A DNA stretch of 64,000 nucleotides from Eledone cirrhosa (lineage: Eukaryota). Below the pieces are notes generated by a model, which had not been told where the DNA came from, did no database searches, and worked only from the letters and a program-made list of their open reading frames with translations. The translations under genes and the position numbers were made by a program. Below, in pieces: positions 13,892 through 24,614 of the stretch. Numbering within the stretch: the stretch's first letter is position 1; each line of letters opens with the position of its first letter. The stretch is taken from NCBI GenBank assembly GCA_964016885.1, contig OZ024744.1:78554001-78618000 (forward strand), written 5' to 3'.

Positions 13892-13945
13892 TAATGCTCC
13901 GATGACTCCAAACTAAAGTTTGGAAGAAACAATTGTCAGCAATTA
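13892..13945 (+). ncRNA. Minimal type I hammerhead ribozyme motif in the 5' pseudo-LTR
   Basis: tgct-CCGATGA-c.tccaaac.taaa.gtttgga.a-GAAAC-aatt-GTC-agca; stem III region ACAATTGT is palindromic. Confidence 0.8.
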
Positions 13946-14190
13946 AATGATTTGAACATAGCTTTGATACTTGTGTATTTTATATTCCTGCTCTGTAAAA
14001 CACCTGATGTATTTACATTGAGCTATTTCCCTTACTAGTAATAAGGTAGTAATAAATTACTGACCTTTCCTGTTTATAGTTATTTATAGTATATACATAA
14101 CTATAAATAGTATCATTATTAAAGTAGAAACATTTATTATTATCATTAACTGCTCCATACTGTTGAGTTAACATACATTAAATTACCAGT

Positions 14191-16646
14191 ATGCTAATCA
14201 AAGATTACCTTCCTATGTCTACTAAGAACATACCAATACCATCTAAAGATACATATGAAAAATTATTGATTAATAGTGTCAACTCTTTTATTAATAGAGT
14301 GAGATGGAGGACATTCCATTACGATAGAAACAGATCAAACCAAAACAGAGATACAAACAATTTCGACTATTACGGCTTTAAAACTTTTAAAAGCCCTCCT
14401 CACAACACCTTATTAAACTCTTTTGAAATGATCTAATAAAACTAGTTAAGAACATAAAGTACAAAAAGCATCGTAATAGAAACAACACCTTCTTAAACAA
14501 CCTTAACTCCACTATTAAAGGATTTAATAAAAAAAAAAAATTATAGTACATGCAGATAAAACTAATAATATATATAGCTTAGAATACGATACATATAGAA
14601 AATTTATATATAAAGAACTACATAGGAGCTATAAGAAAACTACTACTAAAAACCTAGAAAATATAAATATAGAAGGCCGTAGTATAGTGTGTAAATTGGG
14701 ACTTCAGAGACATACACAGCCATACCCCCCCCCCTGAGATTCTCTCTGAAGGACCATAAAGAAGACTTCATTAGTAACGCCTCGATAAGACTAATCTGCC
14801 CTTCTAAATCTGACATTGGCATTATCAGCAAGAAAATATTAGATAGAATCATCCCACAGATTAAGCACAAAATATATCTTAACCAGTGGGGAAATACGGG
14901 TGAAGTTATTGAATGGTTTAAGGATATTAAAGAGAATAAAAATAAAAAATTTATACAATTTGATATCAATTCATACTACACCTCTATTTCCTCTATCCTA
15001 TTAAATAAGGCACTCATTATGGCCATGAACAACAGTGATCTGAGTAGATCCCAGATTGATGTCATATTTGCAGCCCGAAAAACCATAATTACATTTGAAG
15101 ATCAATTATGGACCCGCAAGGATACACATAACAACTTTGACATAACTATGGGATCTAGTGACTCAGCGCAGGTCACTGGTTTGGTGAGCCTATATCTACT
15201 AAATGAAATTCATAAGAACCTACCCTACCTCAATGGTGGTTTATACCGCGATGATGCACTACTCCTTATAGACTATAACAAATTTAATATAGAAAGAACT
15301 AGGAAACTATTACATAAAATTTCAAAAACTTCAACTTAAATATCACCATAGACAAAAACACTAAAAATGTTAACTTCCTTGATGCTACCCTTTACCTAGA
15401 CTCTAAAATATATACACCCTTTCATAAACCTAACGAAAAACTAATTTATGTGAATACCAACTCTAACCACCCTAAATCCATATTAAACTCAATCACTAAA
15501 GGAATATCTAATAGAATCTCTAATCTATCATATAACGAAACCATATTTAACAATAATTCACAATACTATAATGAGGCATTAGCTAAATCAGGCCATAATA
15601 ATGGGATTGAATTCCTACCTATAAAATCACATAGTTACAACATTCTTTCTCACAATATGGACATGAGGAAAAATAATAAAACTACTAGCCACCTCTAATA
15701 CAAAGGGAAATATCAAACTTAACTCGCACCAAAGTAAACACCACAATAATAATATAAACAGAAATACAAATACCTCAAAAGACATTACAAAAAACAAAAA
15801 TAGAAGAAGAACTAATACATTCTTCAATTCCCTTTTCAATCTAAACATCCCTACCAACTTGCCTAAGGCTTTCTTCTCAATCCTACAAAAAAACTTCCCA
15901 TCTGGCCACAAATACCATAATCTTTTAAATAAAAATACCATTAAAATCTCTTACTCTACCACACCTAACATCGCATACCATATAGCTAGTAGTAATAAAA
16001 GGAAGATTAATAATTATTTCCAACTAATTAAAACACAACAGGAGGTAAACTTACAGAACAACATAGTACCTGTAAACCCTAGTAGCAATAGTAATAATGG
16101 TAATAGCACTAATGAAATCAATAACAATAGGAACGACGACCATCATTACCCTAATGCTATCCATAGCAACCAGACTTCTACACAACATAGTAACCGGCAA
16201 GCTAACATCCAGAATAAATGTAACTGTAGATCAAATAGAACTTACCCCTTAGGTAATAATTGCTTAATCAAAGACATCATTTACTCTTGCACGGTCAACA
16301 CAAACAACTCTTCTAAAACTTATATTGGCTCTACTTCGAACTGCTTCAAGACGAGATACAACTCACACCTCCACTCTTTCAAAAAACACAATCTAGCCAA
16401 CTCCACTTCATTATCTAGGTACATACACTCTCTGAAAACTAGGAATAGACCATACACACTTCAATGGGAAGTAGTAGGTAGGGCCACATCGTATAACCAC
16501 CGAATAAATTATGTAACCTCTGTCTTCTAGAGACCCGTACTATAATCTTTTCGAAACTAGACCTCCTAAATAAAAAATCAGAGGTGTTTTCCTCACGCCA
16601 GCACCACTACCGACACTCATTCCATAACTTTAAACCTAGCCGCTAG
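14191..16646 (+). pseudogene. Frameshifted Penelope RT-GIY-YIG ORF
   Basis: STKNIPIPS, ADKTNN, LKDHK, FIQFDINSYYTSI, ITMGSSD, GLYRDDAL, SNHP, CNCR..PLGNNCL, IIY...YIGSTSNCFKTRYNSH and LLNKKSE. Confidence 0.92.
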
Positions 16647-17910
16647 TATATAACAATGTCAGATTTGAATTTTTCGCCACCATTAACACTGCACCTCTAG
16701 GACTTTTCTTTCCCCACAGCAGCACACTCTTTGATCTGCTCTTTCCTCTACACAACTCCTATTTATCTCAAACCTTATACTCTACAATAACTATTAGAAA
16801 TAAACATATAGTCACCACCTTTTAATATAACTACTTTAGATTACTTATAATATATACAGTAATGGATATATAATATGTAGAGACATTAAATGTAATATGT
16901 GACAATGAATTATATATACATTTATAATTAAATATATAAATAAATAGCATTGTATATAAAAGATTAAATTATTAACATAAGGGATTTAACTAATTGGACA
17001 TGTAAACAGCTATAAATTGTTCCATAACTTATATCTTGTCTAGTAATGGATAGATAATTTTCTTCTTTTTTTTTTTGATAACAATCTAATGAAACCTTTA
17101 ATATATTATGGGAGAATAAACTGTATTTAAAATTAAATATAAATATATAACATTATGTAAAAGGGATTCAATTGTGACACTATATAATGTCTATTAGAGC
17201 AAAGAATTTAAATAGTTTAATTTAATGAGCTAGTTACCTCCCCTTACGCATTAGCTCCCCTTAATTTTTGATCTCATATTCACTTCTGGAAATTAAACCG
17301 TTAGAAAATCTTGCTGTAGAACAACCCTAATCCATGAATATGAATACAATAAGACCAATTTACAATCGATTACTGTAACTAACTAAAAAAATTCAATACA
17401 AACATTAACTAAAATCTAATTTAACATATGTAATGGATAACTTATGTAATCGATAACTTTCATATTCTCAATACATACAAATTTGAACTCTACAGAAACT
17501 ATCATCACATTACATCCTTCATAATACACTAACATATTTGCTTAAAGTGCTTGTATTTTATGTAATACCTTACCATACAGTATTTATATATGCCTAATAC
17601 CTTTGCTTGTTTCCTTCTCATATATATGACTAACACATGTGCACTTTCTACACGCTAGAATATGTACTGCTAGTGTCTTCATTCTTTCTCAATGCCTCTT
17701 TAATTATTAGACTATTCTCTTGTATTATCTGTCGCATATATTCCACTCTGTGCTTTTAATTTTAATTTGAAATTTTGTACAATTCTCGTATAATATATGT
17801 CGCATCCATTCCACCCTGTAAATACTAAACTGTTGTTCACAACATCAATATATATGTATCTATATGATTGTTCAGTTGAATAGGAGGTTAATTATATGTA
17901 CAAACATTGC

Positions 17911-17964
17911 TAATGCTCCGATGACTCCAAACGAAAGTTTGGAAGAAACGATTGTCAGCAATTA
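17911..17964 (+). ncRNA. Minimal type I hammerhead ribozyme motif in the 3' pseudo-LTR
   Basis: tgct-CCGATGA-c.tccaaac.GAAA.gtttgga.a-GAAAC-gatt-GTC-agca. Confidence 0.8.
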
Positions 17965-17996
17965 AATGATTTGAACATAACTTTGATATTTGTGTA

Positions 17997-18057
<61 letters not shown>

Positions 18058-18060
<3 letters not shown>

Positions 18061-20084
18061 GTTAGTGACATCTCAGTAAGCATGAGAAAGAATGAGACAT
18101 ACAGGAAGGTGTGGAAAAGAAAGGTCTAGAAACTAAAATATAAATTTAGCAAAGTCCATCAAGATTCGTATGACGAAAAAGAAGACGATTTAGAGTTGTA
18201 TGACATAGATTTTAACTGGAATTTCTTACGTGACAACTTACTGCAGGCTACTGAAGAAACTTGAGGATGGAGCAGAGCTTTAACCAGACATAGAGTGACC
18301 TGGTAGTGGAAAAGCACGGTAGATAGGGCCATTAGAGACAAAAGACTGGCATGGAAGGCTTGTAAAAATGGTGCGAGTAGGGAAGGATACACAGCCGCTA
18401 GGAGAGAAGCTAGACATCAGGTGTACTTAGTACACAGGAAGGCTGAGAGTAGAAGGTTTGCCAATGTTCTGTGATGGGAAGATCAGAGACGTGCGGTGTT
18501 CCACATTGCAAGGCAGTGTGTCAGTGAAAATCAGGATGTTGTTGGAGATAAATGTGTCCAGGATGATGCCAGTGTACTTAGTGTCACGAATGATCAAAAA
18601 GTGGGGGCCTGGAAATGTCATTATGAGAGACTGATGAATGTGGAGAATGAATGGGACAGAGAGAAATTACACCAGTAGACCCAACAGAGGGACCAGCTAT
18701 TGAGATTGACGAATATAGGGTACAAGAGGCAATTAAAGAAATGAAGAATGGTAAGGCTGCTGGACCGTCGGGGATAGTTGCTGAGATGCTGAAGGCATCA
18801 GGGGACGTAGGCACTAAACTGGTTGCATGCATCATCAATCAAGCTATATATGGCGGAGTCATACCAAAGATTGGTGCATCAGTATTCTCATAAATTGCTA
18901 CAAAGGTAAAGGGGATGCTCTAGAGAGGAGCAATTATAGGGGCATAAAGCTGATGGATCAGGTTATGAAAGAGAGAATATTAGTGCAACTGATTAGAGAA
19001 AGGGTCAAATTAGATGAGATGCAGTTTGGTTTTGTGCTTCAGAAAAGTACAACAGATGCCCTCTTCTTAGTGAGACTATTACAAGAGAGGTTCTTAGAGA
19101 AGAATAAGCCACTATACTTAGCTTTTGTTGACCTAGAGAAGGCCTTTGATATGGTACCTCGATCTATCATCTGGTAGTCCCTAAGGAAACTAGGTATAGA
19201 GGAATAGCTTGTGAGGGCAGTGCAAGCTTAGTACAGGGGTGCTGTCAGTAAAGTGATAGTAGGTATGGAGTTTAGTGAGGAATTCCAGATACAAGTAGGT
19301 GTACATCAGGGTTCGGTCCTCAGCCCGCTCTTGTTCATTATAGTCCTCCAAGCCATAACAGAGGAGTTTAAGACTGGCTGCCCATGGGAACTTCTCTATG
19401 CTGATGATTTGGCTCTTATAGCAGAATCAGTAGAGGAACTAGAGAATAAATTCTGGCTATGGAAACAGCAGTTGGAATCAAGAGGACTGAGAGTAAATCT
19501 AGCTAAGACAAAAGCGTTGATGAGTAGAAAAGAGGACAATACTCCGATTCCATCAGGGAAATGGCCATGTTCGATTTGTAGAAAAGGAACTGGCATAAAT
19601 TCCATAAAATGTATGCAATGCAGATTTTGGGTACATAAGGGATGTAGTGGGATAGCAGGCAAACTAACAGGTAGGGAAAACTACGTATGCAGTAGTAATT
19701 GCAGTGATAGACACATTTTTTCAATGTAGGTGGGTTCTATAGAAGTGGTGGATAGCTTCCGGTACCTAGGTGATCAGATTAGCATGGGAGGGAGGGTGTT
19801 CTGAGGCTATAGTATCTAGAATAAGGACGGGTTGGAAGAAGTTTAGGGAGCTGCTTCCTTTGTTGACAAAGAAGGGTTTCTCCCTGCATATGAAAGGACG
19901 GTTATATGATGCCTGTGTGAGATGCGCGATGCTGCATGGTAGTGAGACATGAGCAGCAACTGCAGAGGATATGCGACAGCTGCAGAGAAAGGAAGCAAGT
20001 ATGCTCCGTTGGATGTGCAATGTCAATGTGCGTGAACGACCCAGCATAGGTGAGTTGAGAAAGAAACTGGGTATAAGAGGCAAT
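18058..20084 (+). mobile_element. Decayed RTE-clade LINE, same family as 4997-6448, truncated at both ends
   Basis: KNGKAAGPSGIVAEMLK, NYRGIKL, AFVDLEKAFD, GVHQGSVLSPLLF, LLYADDL, FRYLGDQI and LHGSET. Confidence 0.93.
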
Positions 20085-20179
20085 CCTAGGGCCAACTATG
20101 AAAACCAAGTTCCTTCTTCTATGTAGGAAATCTTCTCATGTTGACATGGAGTTAGAAAAACAAGGAATAATCAATTGAA

Positions 20180-21130
20180 GTATTGTATCATTTTGTAGAT
20201 TTGACAATATTTCTCACTGAGAGTGTTATGGGATCAAAACAAAACAGGATCTAAACAAAATGTGAATTTTTCTTTTGGAATTATGGAACTTTTTGCACAA
20301 TTTGTTTCATTTCTGATGAGTTGCCTGAGAGGATTTGGTAACCTTAGAAGTGATAAACAGTCAGTCATACTTAACACTAATAATCTACAAAGAAGGAATT
20401 ATTCTATTGATGGTAAAATATGTTAAGAATCATATTGCTGCAGAACTTAAAACTCCTAAATACTGTATTAAATATATGAACCCCATTTCTCCCACAAAAA
20501 ATAGTTAAAACAATATTACAGTTGTCTTATAATCAAATTTTAGGTATCTGGTAGCCTAATGTTCTTTATTAATATTCCCTACTGAAATGGAGAGAGCTCA
20601 TATATGTACCTTCAAATATGGTACTTTTCTACTCTCCGTAGATTCAACACTAGGTCTGGTTCATGTTAACCAGTTAATAATTATTGTGTGATTTGTTGTT
20701 TCTGGGCTGCTAATAGAAAAGTATTTCACTTTCCTATAGGTTGGCTCTTACAAGGTCGATGTACTAATTTCCTCTCTGCTAGAATTTTTTTTTTTAATGA
20801 AGGGATTGATTTTAAAGACTGCAGAGGGCAGTCTTATAACAATGTCAGAAACATATCTAGTTACTGCACAGGAATGCAACCCAAACATAAGGTTTAAAAC
20901 GCAGTAGCTGTTTTCATCTCCTGTGTTACTAACACATTGAATCGTTTTAGACAAATTTCTGCTTCTTGTTGTCAGGTTTCCTACAAATGTTATACAACTT
21001 TTTTCTGCATCAACACACAGATAGGCACATGTAATGAAGTCTTTGGAAAGAAAGAACACAAACTGTGAAGTCTCTGTCAGAAACACATTGGTCAGTAAAA
21101 GCTGATACTACTGGAGCCATTCTAGACGGG
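20180..21130 (+). pseudogene. hAT transposase remnant (ZMYM1/Tip100-like)
   Basis: DST..HVNQL, GIDFKDCRGQSYNN, LYNFFSASTHR and KSLSETHWS motifs. Confidence 0.8.
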
Positions 21131-21268
21131 TCTTCTTATCATATCCACAAGAATGTCAGTTACAAAGCTTGGCTAGATGTGGTTCCACCACAGCTGAATA
21201 CGTTGTTGTCCTTTCTCATTAAACCCTGCCAAGTCCGGTGCTGTGTAGGAGTGTTCCAGTTGGGGGGT

Positions 21269-21770
21269 TGTAGCGGCCCCTTACGGCTGTGACTCAGCAC
21301 GTATAGGAGTTGCGTCCTTTTACGACGGTCTTAACTCAGCACGTATAGGAGTTACGTCCCTTTGCGACGGGCGTGACTCCTAGCGGCAGATTCATGTACT
21401 AAACGGAGTTGCGTCCCCCTGGGGACTATATAGTCGAGGACAATCAAGCCATAAGACACACTCTACTGCTGAACTTCGAAGGGACAAGAACACCTGAGAC
21501 CTTGTCAAGAGATGACTCCTGTTTCACTCCCTTCGCACCCAAGAAGAACACCGGCAGCCTAAAGAAACACTTGAACCTTACCAAGAGAAGATTTTCTGTT
21601 CTCTTCCACACACTCCAGTCTGGGAGTTGTGACCACCTGAACATCAACATGTGGTAACAATTATTTATAACTATTTATTTGACTTCTGTGAAGTAAAACC
21701 ATGTCACAACGCTCACCTGCATTTATTGTCATTCTTGATAATATTTATATACACTGATACTAATTTCCTC
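21269..21770 (+). mobile_element. 3' LTR preceded by a G-rich polypurine tract
   Basis: gggggg-t-TGTAGCGG; tandem actcagcacgtataggagtt units; TATA ctatata; related to 7257-7663. Confidence 0.6.
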
Positions 21771-21774
21771 ATTA

Positions 21775-22475
21775 TGTAGTGGATAGATGTATTCTTTTCA
21801 GAATGAATGATAAAAAGAATGATGCCAGGATTGCGATGTTGACAATGTTTATTTACAATAACAAAATTCACTTGTTGGTACATTGAATGTCGAGTAACAA
21901 AATCGTGACAGCAATCATCATTACATTATTTTCTTACTAACCTCTTCGAGCTAGCGTGTATGCATGTATCAATAAAACGATACAATAGAAGTGAAATAAC
22001 AGGAAGCTGAAAGGATAGATAAATTGTAGTAGGGAAAAATATAAGTAAACCTACTGTTTGTGTTTATCCTTAGCATACGTTGTTTTTGTAGTTGGTCAAT
22101 CTGCCGAGCTGGTATGAAATGTGAGAGCCTGTAAGGCCAGGAGAGAGTGTAAAAGGTCTGTAGATAGTGAATGGCTACATCGTTAACCTCTCACGGACTG
22201 CTGCTTCTGTCTCTCTGTGGTGTTTCTCTCCAAGCGATTCTATTTATAATAACTCTATAGCTAGAAGGATATGTATATGGGTTGATTTAGGAGCAGCCAT
22301 GTGTGTTTCATCTGTCAAGTCTGAGGTCACAGGTCAAGTGGTATGTGCGTTTATCATAGTTGTCTCTTGACAGGACAATGGTGGGAACTCCTAACAATAG
22401 GTGGTCCCAGAGGCGAGAACTCTTAGATTCGGTTTCGAATCTTCACCAGGTAAAACATAGAAGTATTCCGTTACA
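21775..22475 (-). mobile_element. 3' LTR of a gypsy-type element; PPT and integrase-tail remnant extend to ~22770
   Basis: Minus strand: agaaggagg-tac-TGTAACGG...CCACTACA with AATAAA; upstream KAFMEQDLPPVPT resembles the tail of the gypsy pol at 34320. Confidence 0.7.
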
Positions 22476-22789
22476 GTACCTCCTTCTAGTGAGAAAGCTA
22501 AAGATCGAATGATGTAGGTGTGTGTGAAGTTAAGATAGGTATGGCTTGACATATGGGGTTTCTCTCGGTGTGTAATTTGTATGATACTTTCCAAGTGAGT
22601 TGGGGAAGTTGTTGGCAAGTCCATTGGAGAAACGGTGGGAACTGGTGGCAGATCCTGTTCCATGAATGCTTTCGCAGTGAGTTAGGGAAGCCGTGACTGT
22701 TTTGAGGTTTATGCTATGACATGAGTGTGTGCAATTTCGAGTTGCGTGCCTGAGTGAGCCCAGGTGAGTTGAGTGTGTGCAGTCTCGAA

Positions 22790-23305
22790 ATAAAAATTAT
22801 GCGCATTGTCCATCATTTCAAGGTAGGAAACCACAGGATTCAGAGGTATTTGTGGATATAATCCAGGATTTGAGAAATAAATTTGCATCACGTTTTGTTG
22901 ACTTTGGTCTGCATGCAAATCAGTTTAAATTGTTTGCTACACCATTTGATGTGGAGGTGGAGACAGTATCAGAATGTTTTCAAATGGAATTGATTGATAT
23001 GCAGTGTGACAACTTATTGAGATATAAACTAGAGTCTAAAGATGTTTCATTGGTTGACTTCTATGCAAAATATATTTTTCTAAGTGGGAAGTATACCAAC
23101 TTAGTGAATCATGCAAAAAAGATGGCATCTTTGTTTGGAGGCACTTATCAGTGTGAGAAATTATTTTCCAAATTGAAGCAAACTAAGAACAATTTGAGAA
23201 CAAGATTAACTGATAATCATCTTGATAATATCTTGGCATCAACAAGTTTGAAGCCTAATACTGAGAAGCTTTCAGGGAACAAAAAAACATCAAGTTTCCC
23301 ATACA
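22790..23305 (+). pseudogene. hAT transposase C-terminus (GTF2IRD2/Charlie-SPIN-like dimerisation region)
   Basis: LFATPF..FQMELIDMQCD..KKMASLFGGTYQCEKLFSKLK..RTRLTDNHL. Confidence 0.88.
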
Positions 23306-23735
23306 TTTTTAGGATGTATAGCAAGAGTTGCCTCCCTTGTTATGACGATCACATCACCAGTAGCGCTCTCTAGACAGGAAGTAGCTGGAGTTACTTCCCG
23401 TTGAGGTGGCAGAACCTTCTTTCTCACATCCGTCCAGGGACCCTATAAAGGAGAGAGCTGAAAGCCATCTCCCTCTCTTTTAACCTGCCTGGCCCTTCGG
23501 CCAGACGCGTTCCGCCGAGGGTATACTCTCTCGCAACCTGAACATGATAATGTAAAGACCTCTTGGTCTCTTGCGCGAAGACTTCAAAACGGTAAACAAC
23601 TAACTTTAATTCATTCTTTCATCTCTCTTGGCATGTCAACTATTCAGCTCTACGTAGCTCAACCTTGTTAAATAAATATTGTACATACAACCCAGTGTCT
23701 TGTTATATTCATACAACCCAGTATCCTGTTATAAT

Positions 23736-23747
23736 TGGTGACCCCGA
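23736..23747 (+). promoter_or_regulatory. Primer binding site complementary to the tRNA-Trp 3' end
   Basis: TGGTGACCCCGA lies 2 nt after the LTR. Confidence 0.85.
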
Positions 23748-24188
23748 GAAAAAATAATAGGAGTCGGTGATGTTGTGTGAATATGAAAAAAAGAAAATTA
23801 ATTAGCAGTATTTCAAAAAGAAAAAATTCCTCTAACAACATTCCACATGGATTTTGTCTACAACGAAAAATATAAGTAATCTTTTCCTCAGCAGCAAACA
23901 AACAAGAACAAATTTTGCTTTTCACCTCACGTGTTTACATCGTTTAAATGTGTTTCAATCACTGGATATATCCTTCGTTCGTCTCACAACGAACACTCAA
24001 AAAGACTTGGACTCCTGTATTCTTATATTCAACATCTCAGTTTTGATGAACATCACAGCTCGCTTACTCATTCAACTAAGCCTTTTCTGCTACTTTTTCA
24101 TCACTTTCTAAAAAAAATTGAACTCTCGCCATATACAAAGCCTTTCCTTCTTTTTCATCATATCGCGTTCACACATACATTTTTCAAA

Positions 24189-24614
24189 ATGGCTGCCAAC
24201 GACCTGTTGCACTATCATTTTCGCGCCATTTTCTCGCGCAATAGAAATATTTTTTTTCAACTTGACTTTAACCTGTTTCGGCACGTGTGGGAGCACACAT
24301 CTCGACTCACTGAGATAACACACGCCATAGATAATGTTTCTTGCCATAGATTCTCCAGCCTTAAGCTATATTCTCCTATTTGCCGGTTTAAAAATTTACC
24401 ACGTAAATTTGCCGTTGAAAACTGCGCATTTATTCAGAATGCTTATTTCTTTGGTCGCTGGCCTCTTGACCCTTCCAGGTCAACGCGTTCTCAACATCGA
24501 CCATCAACTTTGGTAGTTATTTCTAGCACTTTGCGCAACTCATTTTTCTGGGAAACTTTTTACTGTGAATTTAAACAACATCGAATAGGCTCACTGCGCG
24601 AGACAACAACATAA
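24189..24614 (+). CDS. 141-aa ORF in element A, possibly a divergent gag N-terminal domain
   Basis: aaaATGG start context; FSRNRNIFFQLD..H...SRL weakly parallels YSGDVKLWFAQLE..H....RL in the gag of element B. Confidence 0.3.
   Translation: MAANDLLHYHFRAIFSRNRNIFFQLDFNLFRHVWEHTSRLTEITHAIDNVSCHRFSSLKLYSPICRFKNLPRKFAVENCAFIQNAYFFGRWPLDPSRSTRSQHRPSTLVVISSTLRNSFFWETFYCEFKQHRIGSLRETTT

Larger units (their letters stand above)
13505..18000 (+). mobile_element. Penelope-like element (RT + GIY-YIG; Naiad-like motif set) with pseudo-LTRs and inverted 5' end
   Basis: Direct repeats 13781-13984 and 17801-18000; 13505-13778 is the reverse complement of 17533-17807; 3' end runs into (TA)n. Confidence 0.92.

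Noticed and set aside
16210-16700. Selenocysteine recoding, as reported for some Naiad Penelope elements
   Set aside because: No in-frame TGA at the conserved Cys positions and no convincing SECIS seen
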